NCBI GenBank assembly: GCA_022750205.1
Contig: JAKIWD010000002.1
Span: 1 to 54,245 of the forward strand
From: Thermoplasmata archaeon
Lineage (GTDB): Archaea; Thermoplasmatota; Thermoplasmata; Lutacidiplasmatales; UBA184
Direction of reading: 5' to 3'
Length of the DNA: 54,245 nt
Shown in pieces: positions 17,524 through 26,311 of this stretch. Position 1 is the first letter of the stretch. The number at the start of each line of letters is the position of its first letter. Below the pieces are notes generated by a model, which saw only the letters and a list, made by a program, of their open reading frames with translations, did no database searches and had not been told where the DNA came from. The position numbers and the translations under genes are program-made.

Positions 17524-18183
17524 CTAACCGCCGGCGCTGCCCGAAGGGCCGGCCACGCTGTTGGCCGCGGCGCGGTTCTGCCAGCGGGCGGCGATCGCAA
17601 CGAGATCCCCGTCGGTCTCGATATTGGTCGAGCTCGGCGCGCCGGTGTCGACGAGTCCGGTCTGGCGCATCTCGAACCCGAGCTTTTCGAGGACCCTCAG
17701 ATTGGACGCGTTCTCGCTGACGACCATGCCGCCTCCGCGCCGAACTCCCAGGGCGATCGCCGCCTCGATCATGACTTCGTGCAATCGCGTCCCGACCCCG
17801 AGCCCGCGGTACTCGGCCTCGACGAGATAGCCGAAGATCGCCTTGACACCGAACGAACGATCGACGAACGCCACGTTCCCATAGCCAACGAGCCGGGGAT
17901 CGTCCCCCACGGTGGCAACGAGGAGCACGAGCGTGCGCCGGCGCGAGATCTTGAGGAGCAGCTTGAGGAACGGGCGCGAGGCGACCATGAACAGGAAGAT
18001 CAGGTTCAGCCGGAACCGATCGAACGGGAACGGGTGGTAGAGCTGGCGGGATTCGGGGGACTGCCCGCGATACATCCGGACCAGCTGCCGAATATCAGAG
18101 AGACGAGCACGACGGATCCGGACCGGTGGGCGGGTTCGGGGGGTGATGGTCGGGGATCCCCCGTTGCTGTCCGCGTACTTCAT
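17524..18183 (-). CDS. GNAT family N-acetyltransferase (paralog 2)
   Basis: EAEYRGLGVGTRLHEVMIEAAIALG and NLRVLEKLGFE are acetyl-CoA-binding GNAT motifs. Hydrophobic insertion YHPFPFDRFRLNLIFLFMVASRPFLKLLL. Confidence 0.75.
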   Translation of the reverse strand: MKYADSNGGSPTITPRTRPPVRIRRARLSDIRQLVRMYRGQSPESRQLYHPFPFDRFRLNLIFLFMVASRPFLKLLLKISRRRTLVLLVATVGDDPRLVGYGNVAFVDRSFGVKAIFGYLVEAEYRGLGVGTRLHEVMIEAAIALGVRRGGGMVVSENASNLRVLEKLGFEMRQTGLVDTGAPSSTNIETDGDLVAIAARWQNRAAANSVAGPSGSAGG

Positions 18184-18324
18184 GATGGAACGGTGGCGCT
18201 CCCCGGAAAGGTTGCCCGCAACATTCGGACCTCTCCTACCCTATAAGCGACACGCGGTATGTCTCGCCGGACGGAGAACGGTCGCTACGAGTTGGGAGAG
18301 CGGGCGAACGTCGGTCCTCCGACC

Positions 18325-18957
18325 TCACGTCGGAGCAGCGTTACGTTCTCGGGCGATCCGTGCCATCTCGTCCAGGTCCGCCTCGGCCAGAAAGTTGGCT
18401 TCCTCGGGGGCGAACGGATCCTTCTGTTGCGTGGGGGTCAGCCGGAATCCAGCGGCGGTAACGGCGGGAACGCCTCGGGCGTCGGACATGAAGATCGCCC
18501 CGATGCCGCGGTGGTAACCGCGTTCGACGCCCGCCGTCGCAAGCCCCCCGAGGAGGGTCCGCCCGACACCCTTCCCCTGGTAGCCGCCCGAGACGCAGAA
18601 TCCGAACCGCAGGAAGCGTTCGTTACCCGGTCGGATCACCCCGCGGAGCGTCGCGGAGCCGGCGATCGCGGGATCCCCCTCGAGTTGAGCAACGAAGATC
18701 AGCCGGAGCAGCCGAGTCGATCGTCGCATGAGCCAGTCGAAGAGAGTCTGGCCGGTCACGAGCATGAGATAGGACAAGAACACCACCGGGCGACTGAACG
18801 GGAACGGGTGGTAGCCGTGGCGCTGGGTGGGGGTCTGGCCCATGTAGATCGCCGTCAGCGGTCGGACGTCACCGAACCGTGCCAATCGGACGTTGACGTT
18901 GACCCGGGGTCGCGCGGTGCCGGGGGGGTTCACCGGCGCGCCGGGCGTGCTATTCAT
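18325..18957 (-). CDS. GNAT family N-acetyltransferase (paralog 1)
   Basis: GGYQGKGVGRTLLGGLATAGVERG. Same N-terminal arrangement as the neighbouring GNAT (RLARFGDVRPL..YHPFPFSRPVVFLSYLMLV). Overlaps the upstream GT4 by 4 nt. Confidence 0.75.
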   Translation of the reverse strand: MNSTPGAPVNPPGTARPRVNVNVRLARFGDVRPLTAIYMGQTPTQRHGYHPFPFSRPVVFLSYLMLVTGQTLFDWLMRRSTRLLRLIFVAQLEGDPAIAGSATLRGVIRPGNERFLRFGFCVSGGYQGKGVGRTLLGGLATAGVERGYHRGIGAIFMSDARGVPAVTAAGFRLTPTQQKDPFAPEEANFLAEADLDEMARIARERNAAPT

Positions 18958-20144
18958 CCCGCGACCTTCCGACGTTGAAGTTCATCAAAGAGAGCGAGGT
19001 AATCGGCGGCCGTATCCCGCCAGCTGCGGGCTGGGGTGGTCCCTCCCGGGCGACCGGCGGCCACGAGCTCCTGGATCGCGCGCGCCAGCCCGTCCACGTC
19101 GTGCGGATTGACCAGACGGCCCCGAGCGCCGTCGTCCGGTACCGTCTCTTCCGTCCCGGGCAACGTGGTACCGATGACCGGTGTGCCGAACGCCATCGCC
19201 TCCTGCAGCGTGATCGGCGTGGACTCAAGGAGACTGATCGACGGGCACACCACCACGTCGGCGTCCGCGTACAGACGACCGACCGCTCCGTCTGGGACGA
19301 ACCCGAGGAACCGGACGTTTTCGCCAAGCCGGAGGGAGTGCACGAGCGCCTCCAGCTCGGTCTTCTGGGGGCCCTTCCCCCCGATCAGCAGCTCAACGAT
19401 CTGACCCTGGGCGGCGAGGCGCGAGACCGCGTGAATGAGGTCGGGTATCCCCTTGTAGGCGACGATGCGCCCGACGAACACGACGCGGGCGATCCCAGGG
19501 CGACGCGGCGGGATCCCGCCGTCGTTCCCGTCGCTCGCACGCAGGCGTTCGAGGTCCACGCCCTGGTAGATGACCCGCACCTTCTCGGCGTACCGGGAAA
19601 GTACGGGCGACGCCTGGGCGTAGCCCCGGCTGTTGGAGACCACGGCGTTACAGTGGGACAGCGCGGAGTAGGCCGAAACGCGTCGATAGGCGCTCGTGAC
19701 GAGTCGCGACGACCAGCCTTGGGGATTCTCGCCGAACTCGGCATCCATGTGGTAGGTCAGGACCGTGGGGATGCCCGCGCGCCGTGCCCACGCCGTGACA
19801 CGTCGCTCCACCCAGGGGAACGGCATGTGCAGCTGCACGGCGCCCGCGCGGAGCACGGCCCGCTTCAGCTGGCGGGCCGCCGCCGGGCCGACCACTACGG
19901 GCCGCTCGAGGACCTCGCGCGCGGGGAGCCGTTCCAGGGTCGCTGAGCCGATCGACAACGCATTGGCGGTACCGGTCCACCGTGCCGTGGTCGTCACGAC
20001 GTGCACGGGTCGACTCTCCGAATAGTAGCGGGTAAGCTGGTACGCGTACTCCTCGGTCCCACCCCGATACGAGGGCGGCATCGGCACGATCACGGTGAGG
20101 TTGCCCCGCTCCGGCGGAGCCGAGAGCGTCGGGTCAGCTGGCAA
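18954..20144 (-). CDS. Glycosyltransferase family 4 (GT-B, retaining)
   Basis: VVFVGRIVAYKGIPDLI, LLIGGKGP, VVVCPSISLLESTPITLQEAMAFGTPVIGT (E-x7-E region). Confidence 0.85.
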   Translation of the reverse strand: MPADPTLSAPPERGNLTVIVPMPPSYRGGTEEYAYQLTRYYSESRPVHVVTTTARWTGTANALSIGSATLERLPAREVLERPVVVGPAAARQLKRAVLRAGAVQLHMPFPWVERRVTAWARRAGIPTVLTYHMDAEFGENPQGWSSRLVTSAYRRVSAYSALSHCNAVVSNSRGYAQASPVLSRYAEKVRVIYQGVDLERLRASDGNDGGIPPRRPGIARVVFVGRIVAYKGIPDLIHAVSRLAAQGQIVELLIGGKGPQKTELEALVHSLRLGENVRFLGFVPDGAVGRLYADADVVVCPSISLLESTPITLQEAMAFGTPVIGTTLPGTEETVPDDGARGRLVNPHDVDGLARAIQELVAAGRPGGTTPARSWRDTAADYLALFDELQRRKVAG

Positions 20145-20245
20145 TGGCGCCTCGCTTCATGGAACCCCTCGACGTTGAGGGCAGACCCGGCGCGGATGGC
20201 CGACGGCCACGACGAGGTGAAAAGATGCCACGCCGACCTCCAAGG

Positions 20246-21673
20246 TCAGGGAAGGGAGTCTTCGCCGAGCACCGGGCCCGAGTTTGTCGGGGCCGCCGAC
20301 GCCGGCATCGCCAACGCCGGGACCTCGGTCGAGCCCCCATGGCGTCGCCAGACGGCCAAGGTGCCATAATGACCGTTGGCCCCGAGGAAAGCCAGTTCCT
20401 TCGCCTGCTCCGACGGGAACGTGTTGGCCATGAGCGCCCGCACCCGGCCCAGGACGGGCCAGTGATCCCGGGCATACTCGAGCCGGTATCCGTTCCCGGT
20501 GGAGACGAAGCCGCCGGACTTGAACAGGTCGGCCGGACGGGGGGAAGGGTCCGACGCATCCGCCTTGATCGTGATCAGGCGGCCGGTGCTGGGCAGGTGG
20601 ATCATCGCCGACGTCGTGGGCGCACTCGGACGGGCGACCGGACCCGGGAGTGAAATGGTGAGAGCTTGGCGGTGAGTGCTCCCCGGTCCGGAAGGCGTCG
20701 GAGCGATCACGGCGCCGCTCGGTGCGGTCTTGACCTCGACGCGTGCCCCGGGGCGACTCGCGCGGATCCGCTGTGCGATCCGCTCTGCTTCGTCCCGGCG
20801 CGAGGGGTGGGTGATGAGCAGAAAATCGTCCGCGTTGTGCACCATGGCGATCGACAGGAAGTCCCGCAGCTGACTCGGCGGAGGCGGGTGGAAGGCTGCC
20901 GTCAATCGGCGCCGCCCGAACCGGATCGTCGTCAACAGGATGCTCGCGCCGTCTCGGACGGCGTTGAGCTTGGCCACACCGACGCGCTCGCGATAGGAGA
21001 TCGGGATCTGGGTGACCGTGAAACCGGCGCGGTAGCACTTCGTGAACAGTTCGGCCTCGATCTCAAACCCATTGGTGACGAGGTCCAGTTGCGCGACGGC
21101 GCGGACATCGACGGCCCAGAAGCCGCTGCATAGGTCGAGGATGGGCAGCCCGGCGAGCTGGCTGGCCGTGAGGTTGAGCAATCGGTTGCCGACTCGGTGG
21201 ATGAACTCACGGTAGTCGTCCCGCGCCGACGTCGCCGCTTGGCGGACACCGACGACGAGCTGGCTACCGGCGTCCAGGAGCTGGGCCATCGCCGGGACCA
21301 TCGACCCGGGGTACGTACAATCGGCATCCAGCACCACGACGAACCGCACGTGTCGGGCAGCGAGCCAGTTGAGCGCCTCACGAATGGCCGCTCCCTTCCC
21401 GCGGCCGGCCTGGCGGAGGACGGGAACGGACCACTGACGCGCCACCTGAAGCGTGCCGTCGGTGGAGCCGCCGTCCACGACGAGACGCCGGACGGTCCAC
21501 CCACTCGCCTGCATCGGTTCGAGGGGGATCTCTTGGAGCGTACGCGCAAGACCGTCCTGCTCGTTGAGCGTGGGCAGGACGACGACGACGTCCGCCCCGT
21601 CGAAGGAGGCGGCGTCGGCTCCCGAAAGCTCGCCCGCACGGGGCGTCGATTCCTCGTGCGCGGACGACATCAT
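20246..21673 (-). CDS. Glycosyltransferase family 2 (Dol-P-sugar synthase-like) with a ~230-aa C-terminal extension of unknown fold
   Basis: VVVLPTLNEQDGLARTL, VVVLDADCTYP (DxD), FWAVD.., then a non-hydrophobic Pro/Ser-rich tail with no recognised motif. Confidence 0.8.
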   Translation of the reverse strand: MMSSAHEESTPRAGELSGADAASFDGADVVVVLPTLNEQDGLARTLQEIPLEPMQASGWTVRRLVVDGGSTDGTLQVARQWSVPVLRQAGRGKGAAIREALNWLAARHVRFVVVLDADCTYPGSMVPAMAQLLDAGSQLVVGVRQAATSARDDYREFIHRVGNRLLNLTASQLAGLPILDLCSGFWAVDVRAVAQLDLVTNGFEIEAELFTKCYRAGFTVTQIPISYRERVGVAKLNAVRDGASILLTTIRFGRRRLTAAFHPPPPSQLRDFLSIAMVHNADDFLLITHPSRRDEAERIAQRIRASRPGARVEVKTAPSGAVIAPTPSGPGSTHRQALTISLPGPVARPSAPTTSAMIHLPSTGRLITIKADASDPSPRPADLFKSGGFVSTGNGYRLEYARDHWPVLGRVRALMANTFPSEQAKELAFLGANGHYGTLAVWRRHGGSTEVPALAMPASAAPTNSGPVLGEDSLP

Positions 21674-21913
21674 TCAGTTCCCGTGATCGGTGCCCCCGAG
21701 CACCGCTGGCGAGGTCGGGGAGCGGCCTGTTCATATATACTATGGCCGCGCAGTCTCAATCAGAAATCTGGGGTCGGACGCGTGACTCGTGTCGACGCGG
21801 TGTCGCTCGGTCAGCTACGCATCCGTCGGGGGTCCCGGTTGGTCCCCGGAGGGTTCCGGATAGACCGGCCAATGGTATTAATGGCCGGTCCGGTCGCGAG
21901 GGACTGGGCCACT

Positions 21914-23194
21914 ATGCGTTCCGGGGGTAGCCGACGCGCTCGGAGGTCTTCCTTCAGGATCCTCGCGGCCCTGCTCGCGCTGGCAGTTGTCATTGCGCTC
22001 ACTACGATGGCCCTGCCGAGCGGTCGGGTTTCGAATCCCACGAGGCCCGCCGAGGTGCCGCTCTCCGCAGCGATCGGCACTCCGGGGAAAAGCACCCCCC
22101 CCAGCGCCGCGCCTCCGCTCCGGATGGGAGGACTAGCCGGGAACATCGCCGTCGCCCTCAACGCATCTCCCACCCACGCCTCGGCCCCGCTGATGGTGAA
22201 CTTTTCTGCCACGGCCTCGACCAACTCTACCCCCTCGAGTTTCACGTTCAATTGGTCGTTCTCCGACGGGTCCGCGCCCGTGGTCGATACGGAGCCGGCG
22301 TCGGCGGGAACCGCGGTGGGGAAAGTGAACCACACGTTCACTTCGCAAGGGAAGTTCAACGTCGCCGTGCTCGTGACGGACAATCTCGGGGACCCGCCGT
22401 CGACCGCTAACGTGTCGATCGGCGTGAGCCCCCCACTGGTCGTCACCCCTTCGGTCACTCCGAGCGCGGTGAGCGTCGGGCGGCCAGTCGTGATCACCTT
22501 CAACGCCAGCGGCGGAGTGGCTCCGTACCACGTTGCCTGGACGGCGGAACCGTCGGACTGCTACGCCGGTGCGGCTAACTTAACGTGCGTCCCCCCGTCG
22601 CCCGGAAATTATTCGGTCCGGATGACCGTATCCGATTCCACCGTCGACCACACCTCCCAGGTGGTCTACTTCGTGGTGAGCCCCCGACTCTCGGTCTCCG
22701 CCGGGTACCAGAGCTACTACTTCTGCTCCGGAACCGTGGGGACCGCGATCTACAACTTGACGGCGATCGCAGGAGGCGGCAGCCCACCGTTCAACTACAC
22801 CTGGACGATCGGCAATGGGATCCCCGACGCGTACGGACCGGTGGTATCCCTGCCACTCCCACTGGGCGAAGCGTTCGCGGTCAGTGTTCGCATCGTCGAC
22901 GCCAGCAACGCCCAGACCACGGCAAGCGTCTCCTTTACGACCTCATTCCCAAGCTGCGGTTCGGTGCCGGAACCGATCTACACGCCTCCGAGAGACCTGC
23001 TGGTCGGGGGCGTCGTCGCCGCCGCCCTGATTGTGGCCGTACTGGCCTATCTCGTCTGGCGGACGACGAAACCGAGACCGCCCCCCGCTCCGTGGCGGGC
23101 ACGTGTCCCCGCAGGAGCCGCCCGCCCACCGGGGGACGAAGCACCCACTCCGGCCGGACCCGCAGCGGCACCACCGGAGAAACCGCCAACCTAG
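21914..23194 (+). CDS. Surface protein with N-terminal signal anchor, PKD/Ig-like repeats, C-terminal TM and Pro-rich cytoplasmic tail
   Basis: RRSSFRILAALLALAVVIALTTMA; FNWSFSDGSAPV..VNHTFTSQGKFNVAVLVTDNLGD; LLVGGVVAAALIVAVLAYLVW then KPRPPPAPW. The upstream part of track ORF 21197.. is antisense to GT2. Alternative ATGs at 21872/21881. Confidence 0.75.
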   Translation: MRSGGSRRARRSSFRILAALLALAVVIALTTMALPSGRVSNPTRPAEVPLSAAIGTPGKSTPPSAAPPLRMGGLAGNIAVALNASPTHASAPLMVNFSATASTNSTPSSFTFNWSFSDGSAPVVDTEPASAGTAVGKVNHTFTSQGKFNVAVLVTDNLGDPPSTANVSIGVSPPLVVTPSVTPSAVSVGRPVVITFNASGGVAPYHVAWTAEPSDCYAGAANLTCVPPSPGNYSVRMTVSDSTVDHTSQVVYFVVSPRLSVSAGYQSYYFCSGTVGTAIYNLTAIAGGGSPPFNYTWTIGNGIPDAYGPVVSLPLPLGEAFAVSVRIVDASNAQTTASVSFTTSFPSCGSVPEPIYTPPRDLLVGGVVAAALIVAVLAYLVWRTTKPRPPPAPWRARVPAGAARPPGDEAPTPAGPAAAPPEKPPT

Positions 23195-23241
23195 CCCGCC
23201 GTTCGGTCGTGCGCTCATCGACCATCGCGCCTAGTTAGACG

Positions 23242-23493
23242 GTGGCGGACGCGTCGGTCGTGGGACTTCTTCCGATCGAGCTGGCGGCGACGCACGAAGT
23301 GTCGCTGCTGGAGGGTCGCTACATCCGGGAATGGGATGACGACCGGAACCGTTCGCCTTCCGTTGACGAGGAGTCGGAAGTCGCGGGGAAGGGGGAGGAC
23401 CGGAGGAGGAGGCGGCGTGGCGAGAGAGAAGGGGAGTCCTCTTCGAGCGGCAGGGCACGAGAAGGCTGTCCCGATCGTGGGAGATTGAAGTGA
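23242..23493 (+). CDS. Possible small highly charged protein (83 aa)
   Basis: The first ~55 codons are mostly G/C-ending like real genes; the competing frames are R/P/S junk; no family recognised. Confidence 0.3.
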   Translation: MADASVVGLLPIELAATHEVSLLEGRYIREWDDDRNRSPSVDEESEVAGKGEDRRRRRRGEREGESSSSGRAREGCPDRGRLK

Positions 23494-23550
23494 GGAGCGC
23501 GGTGAATGGTGAACGGAGGAGGCGGAGCCGCCGGTCGCTCACCGGACAGT

Positions 23551-23580
23551 GGCGGGTTTTGCTTCAAAGCAACACCCGCC
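23551..23580 (+). other. 13-bp stem-loop (GGCGGGTTTTGCTT-ca-AAGCAACACCCGCC) just upstream of a TTATAA box
   Basis: Pairs 23551-23564 with 23567-23580 with one mismatch. Lies between the PKD gene and degT. Confidence 0.35.
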
Positions 23581-23691
23581 CAAAGAATTATAACGAAGGT
23601 TCTTCCCCGGCGCCTTCCGGGCACGGGTTACCGCGGGGAAGGAAGCTTCTCGGCGACGCTCGCGCGCCGTACCTCACGAGGGACTCGAAAC

Positions 23692-24807
23692 ATGGCATCC
23701 GAACGCAAGGTCTACTGGTCCGTACCCGATGTCGGCGCCGACGAGAAGCAGGCCGTCATCGAGACGCTCGACAGCGGCTGGCTCGGGATGGGGCCTCGGA
23801 CCAAGAAGTTCGAAAAGGAGCTCTCGGAGTTCACCGGTGCCAAACACTCGGTCGTCGTCAACAACGGCACGAGTGCTCTCCTCACCGCCTTGATGACGTT
23901 CGGGCTTCAGCCCGGCGACGAGGTACTGATCCCGACCTACACGTTCGTGGCCACGGCCTCGAGCGCCATTGCGCTCGGGGCGAAGCCGGTCCTCATCGAC
24001 TGTGACCCGGAGACGTTCAACATCGGACCGGTCCAGATCGAGGCCGCGCTCAAGGCCCACCCCAAGGCCAAGATGCTCCTATTTGTCGACGTAGCAGGGC
24101 TGCCCTGCGACATCGATGCGATCCGGACCCTGGCCGCCCAGCACAAGCTCCTGCTCCTGGAGGACGCCGCGGAAGCGTTCGGCGCGACCTACAACAAGAA
24201 CCCGCTCGGCAACTACGACCATGTGACGATCTTCAGCTTCCATATCGCCAAGCAGGTCACGACCGTCGAGGGAGGCGCGATCCAGACCAATCGCGACGAC
24301 CTCGTCGAGAAGATGCGCCTCGTCCGCAGCCACGGAGAGGGGAAGGAGAAGTACGTCCACGTCGAGCTCGGACTGAACTTCCGACCGACGGACATCCAGT
24401 CGGCGATCGGCTCGGCACAACTGAAGAAGGCCGGCCACTACCTCGAGCTGCGCGACCGCATCGCCCAGCAGTACATGCGCGAGCTCGGCCATTGGCTCAC
24501 CTTCCAGAAGGTCCCATCGTACGCAACCCGACCGACCTGGATGATCTTCATGGTCCTCGCTAAGGACAAGGCGCAGCGGGACGCGTTCAACGCGTACCTC
24601 AACGCCCACGGGGTCGACACGCGGATTCCCTGGCCCCCCGTGCACCACCAGCCGTACTTCCAGGCGCGCTTCCCCCCGCAGGACTGCCCCGTTGCGGACC
24701 GCACGTTCGACCGTGCGCTCTCCCTGCCCATCGGCAACGCGATGACCCAGTCGGACGTCGACTACGTCATCGACGTCGCGCGCAGGTTCTTCGAGGGCAA
24801 GCCCTAG
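23692..24807 (+). CDS. DegT/DnrJ/EryC1/StrS family sugar aminotransferase (PLP-dependent)
   Basis: VPDVGADEKQAVIETLDSGWLGMGPRTKKFE, NNGTSALL, FSFHIAKQVTTVEGGAI (PLP Lys). ATG 23692; the track ORF starts at 23506. Confidence 0.9.
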   Translation: MASERKVYWSVPDVGADEKQAVIETLDSGWLGMGPRTKKFEKELSEFTGAKHSVVVNNGTSALLTALMTFGLQPGDEVLIPTYTFVATASSAIALGAKPVLIDCDPETFNIGPVQIEAALKAHPKAKMLLFVDVAGLPCDIDAIRTLAAQHKLLLLEDAAEAFGATYNKNPLGNYDHVTIFSFHIAKQVTTVEGGAIQTNRDDLVEKMRLVRSHGEGKEKYVHVELGLNFRPTDIQSAIGSAQLKKAGHYLELRDRIAQQYMRELGHWLTFQKVPSYATRPTWMIFMVLAKDKAQRDAFNAYLNAHGVDTRIPWPPVHHQPYFQARFPPQDCPVADRTFDRALSLPIGNAMTQSDVDYVIDVARRFFEGKP

Positions 24808-24916
24808 GAAGTCGCCGTCGACTTCCCGGCGGGCACCGACCTGGCGTACCGGCGCTCGGGCACTCCCACGGTACGCCACCGAACGGCATTTGAGCCGGCA
24901 GGCTTCAGGCGGGAGG

Positions 24917-26311
24917 ATGTCCACCATCCGGTCGGCGCAGGATGATCTCGCGCGGGCGCTCCACGCGCTGGAATCCCGTACCAGCTACGCGGAGGTCATG
25001 GCGCAGTCGACCGAGGGTCACCGTCTTCGGCACGACAAGACCTCCACGACCCCCGAACCCACCGCGCGCCTCGAAGGCGCCGTCTTCCGGGCATGGAATG
25101 GGGCGCGCTGGGTCGAGGCCGCTCTGAGCGGGTTGGGGCGACATGCCCTCGATGAGACCGCAGCGGGACTAGCGATGCACTTGACCGGGCCGACCCCCGC
25201 GTCTCCGCCCCCGGGTGCCCCATCCACGGGGGTGGGAGAGCAGTCCACGAAGGAGCGGCGTCTCGTCCACGAGTTCACCTTGGAGCAGCGATTGGAGTGG
25301 GCCCGTCAGCTGTTCGGCTGGGCGACGGAGGTCGACGGCATCTCCAACGCGATCGTGAGCATCGAGAGCACCTCCGACGAGCGCATCTTCCTCTCCACTG
25401 CCGGCGCCCGGCGCTACCAGCGGGTCGGGCGGGTGCGCGCGGCGGTCGTTCCCCTCGCGATCGAGAATGGCAAGGTCGAGTACGACTACTTCGGCGTCGG
25501 AGGGACCGGCGGGGTCGAGGTCCTGGACAAGATGACCGAAGCGCAGGTGCAGATGACCGCCCGCGAGGCCCGTGCACTGCTCGCCGCTCGGGATCCCCCG
25601 ACCGGTCGGATGGCGGTCGTCCTCGACCCGGGCACTTCGGGGACGTTCGCCCATGAATCGTTCGGTCACGGAACGGAAGCCGATCAACTCCTGCGCGATC
25701 GCTCCTACCTCAAACCCGTTCTCGGGCAGATGGTCGGTCCCGAGGAGCTCACCCTGGTGGACGACGGCTCGTACCCGGGCGGGTGGGGCTCGATCTTCTT
25801 CGACGACGAGGGTCACCCCTCGCAGCGGACCGTGCTCGTGGAGAAAGGACGGTTCGTCGAGGTGCTCCACGACCGGGAGTCGGCGGCCGTCATGGGGCGC
25901 AAGGCGACGGGCAACACCCGGCGCGCGGACTTCCTCAGCCGCCCGTTCGTCCGCATGACCAACACGTTCGTCGAGCCCGGCAGCTGGTCGCTGGACGAAC
26001 TGGTCAAGGAGGCCAAGGAAGGGGTGATCCTCCAGGACTGCACGAGCGGGATGGAGGACCCGCTCGGGGGCAACATGCAGATCAAGGTCAAGAAAGCCCA
26101 CCGGATCCACCACGGTGAGATCGCCGAAATGCTGCCTTCCCTGGCGCTCTCCGGTGGAGTGCTTGCGTTCCTCCGGTCGATCCGTGGGATCGGCAAGAAG
26201 GACGAGTTCGAGATGAGCCCGGGTTACTGCGGAAAGGGTCACACGGACCTGCTGCCCGCCGGCACCGGCGGTGTCCACCTCCTCGCCGAGGCGGTCGTGG
26301 GGCCGGCATGA
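24917..26311 (+). CDS. tldD: TldD-family metalloprotease
   Basis: HESFGHGTEAD (HExxxH) and the family-typical C-terminal ..GYCGK.. region. ATG 24917 preceded by GGGAGG. Confidence 0.85.
   Translation: MSTIRSAQDDLARALHALESRTSYAEVMAQSTEGHRLRHDKTSTTPEPTARLEGAVFRAWNGARWVEAALSGLGRHALDETAAGLAMHLTGPTPASPPPGAPSTGVGEQSTKERRLVHEFTLEQRLEWARQLFGWATEVDGISNAIVSIESTSDERIFLSTAGARRYQRVGRVRAAVVPLAIENGKVEYDYFGVGGTGGVEVLDKMTEAQVQMTAREARALLAARDPPTGRMAVVLDPGTSGTFAHESFGHGTEADQLLRDRSYLKPVLGQMVGPEELTLVDDGSYPGGWGSIFFDDEGHPSQRTVLVEKGRFVEVLHDRESAAVMGRKATGNTRRADFLSRPFVRMTNTFVEPGSWSLDELVKEAKEGVILQDCTSGMEDPLGGNMQIKVKKAHRIHHGEIAEMLPSLALSGGVLAFLRSIRGIGKKDEFEMSPGYCGKGHTDLLPAGTGGVHLLAEAVVGPA

Noticed and set aside
16114-18246. 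710-aa plus-strand ORF overlapping the SDR and GNAT genes
   Set aside because: Arg/Pro/Gly-dominated sequence with no motifs. It overlaps the SDR gene out of frame and the GNAT gene antisense.
22025-22039. GGGTTTCGAATCCCA, a tRNA T-arm-like string
   Set aside because: It lies inside the PKD-protein coding frame, with no acceptor, D or anticodon arms around it. No other tRNA-like cloverleaf was found in the window.
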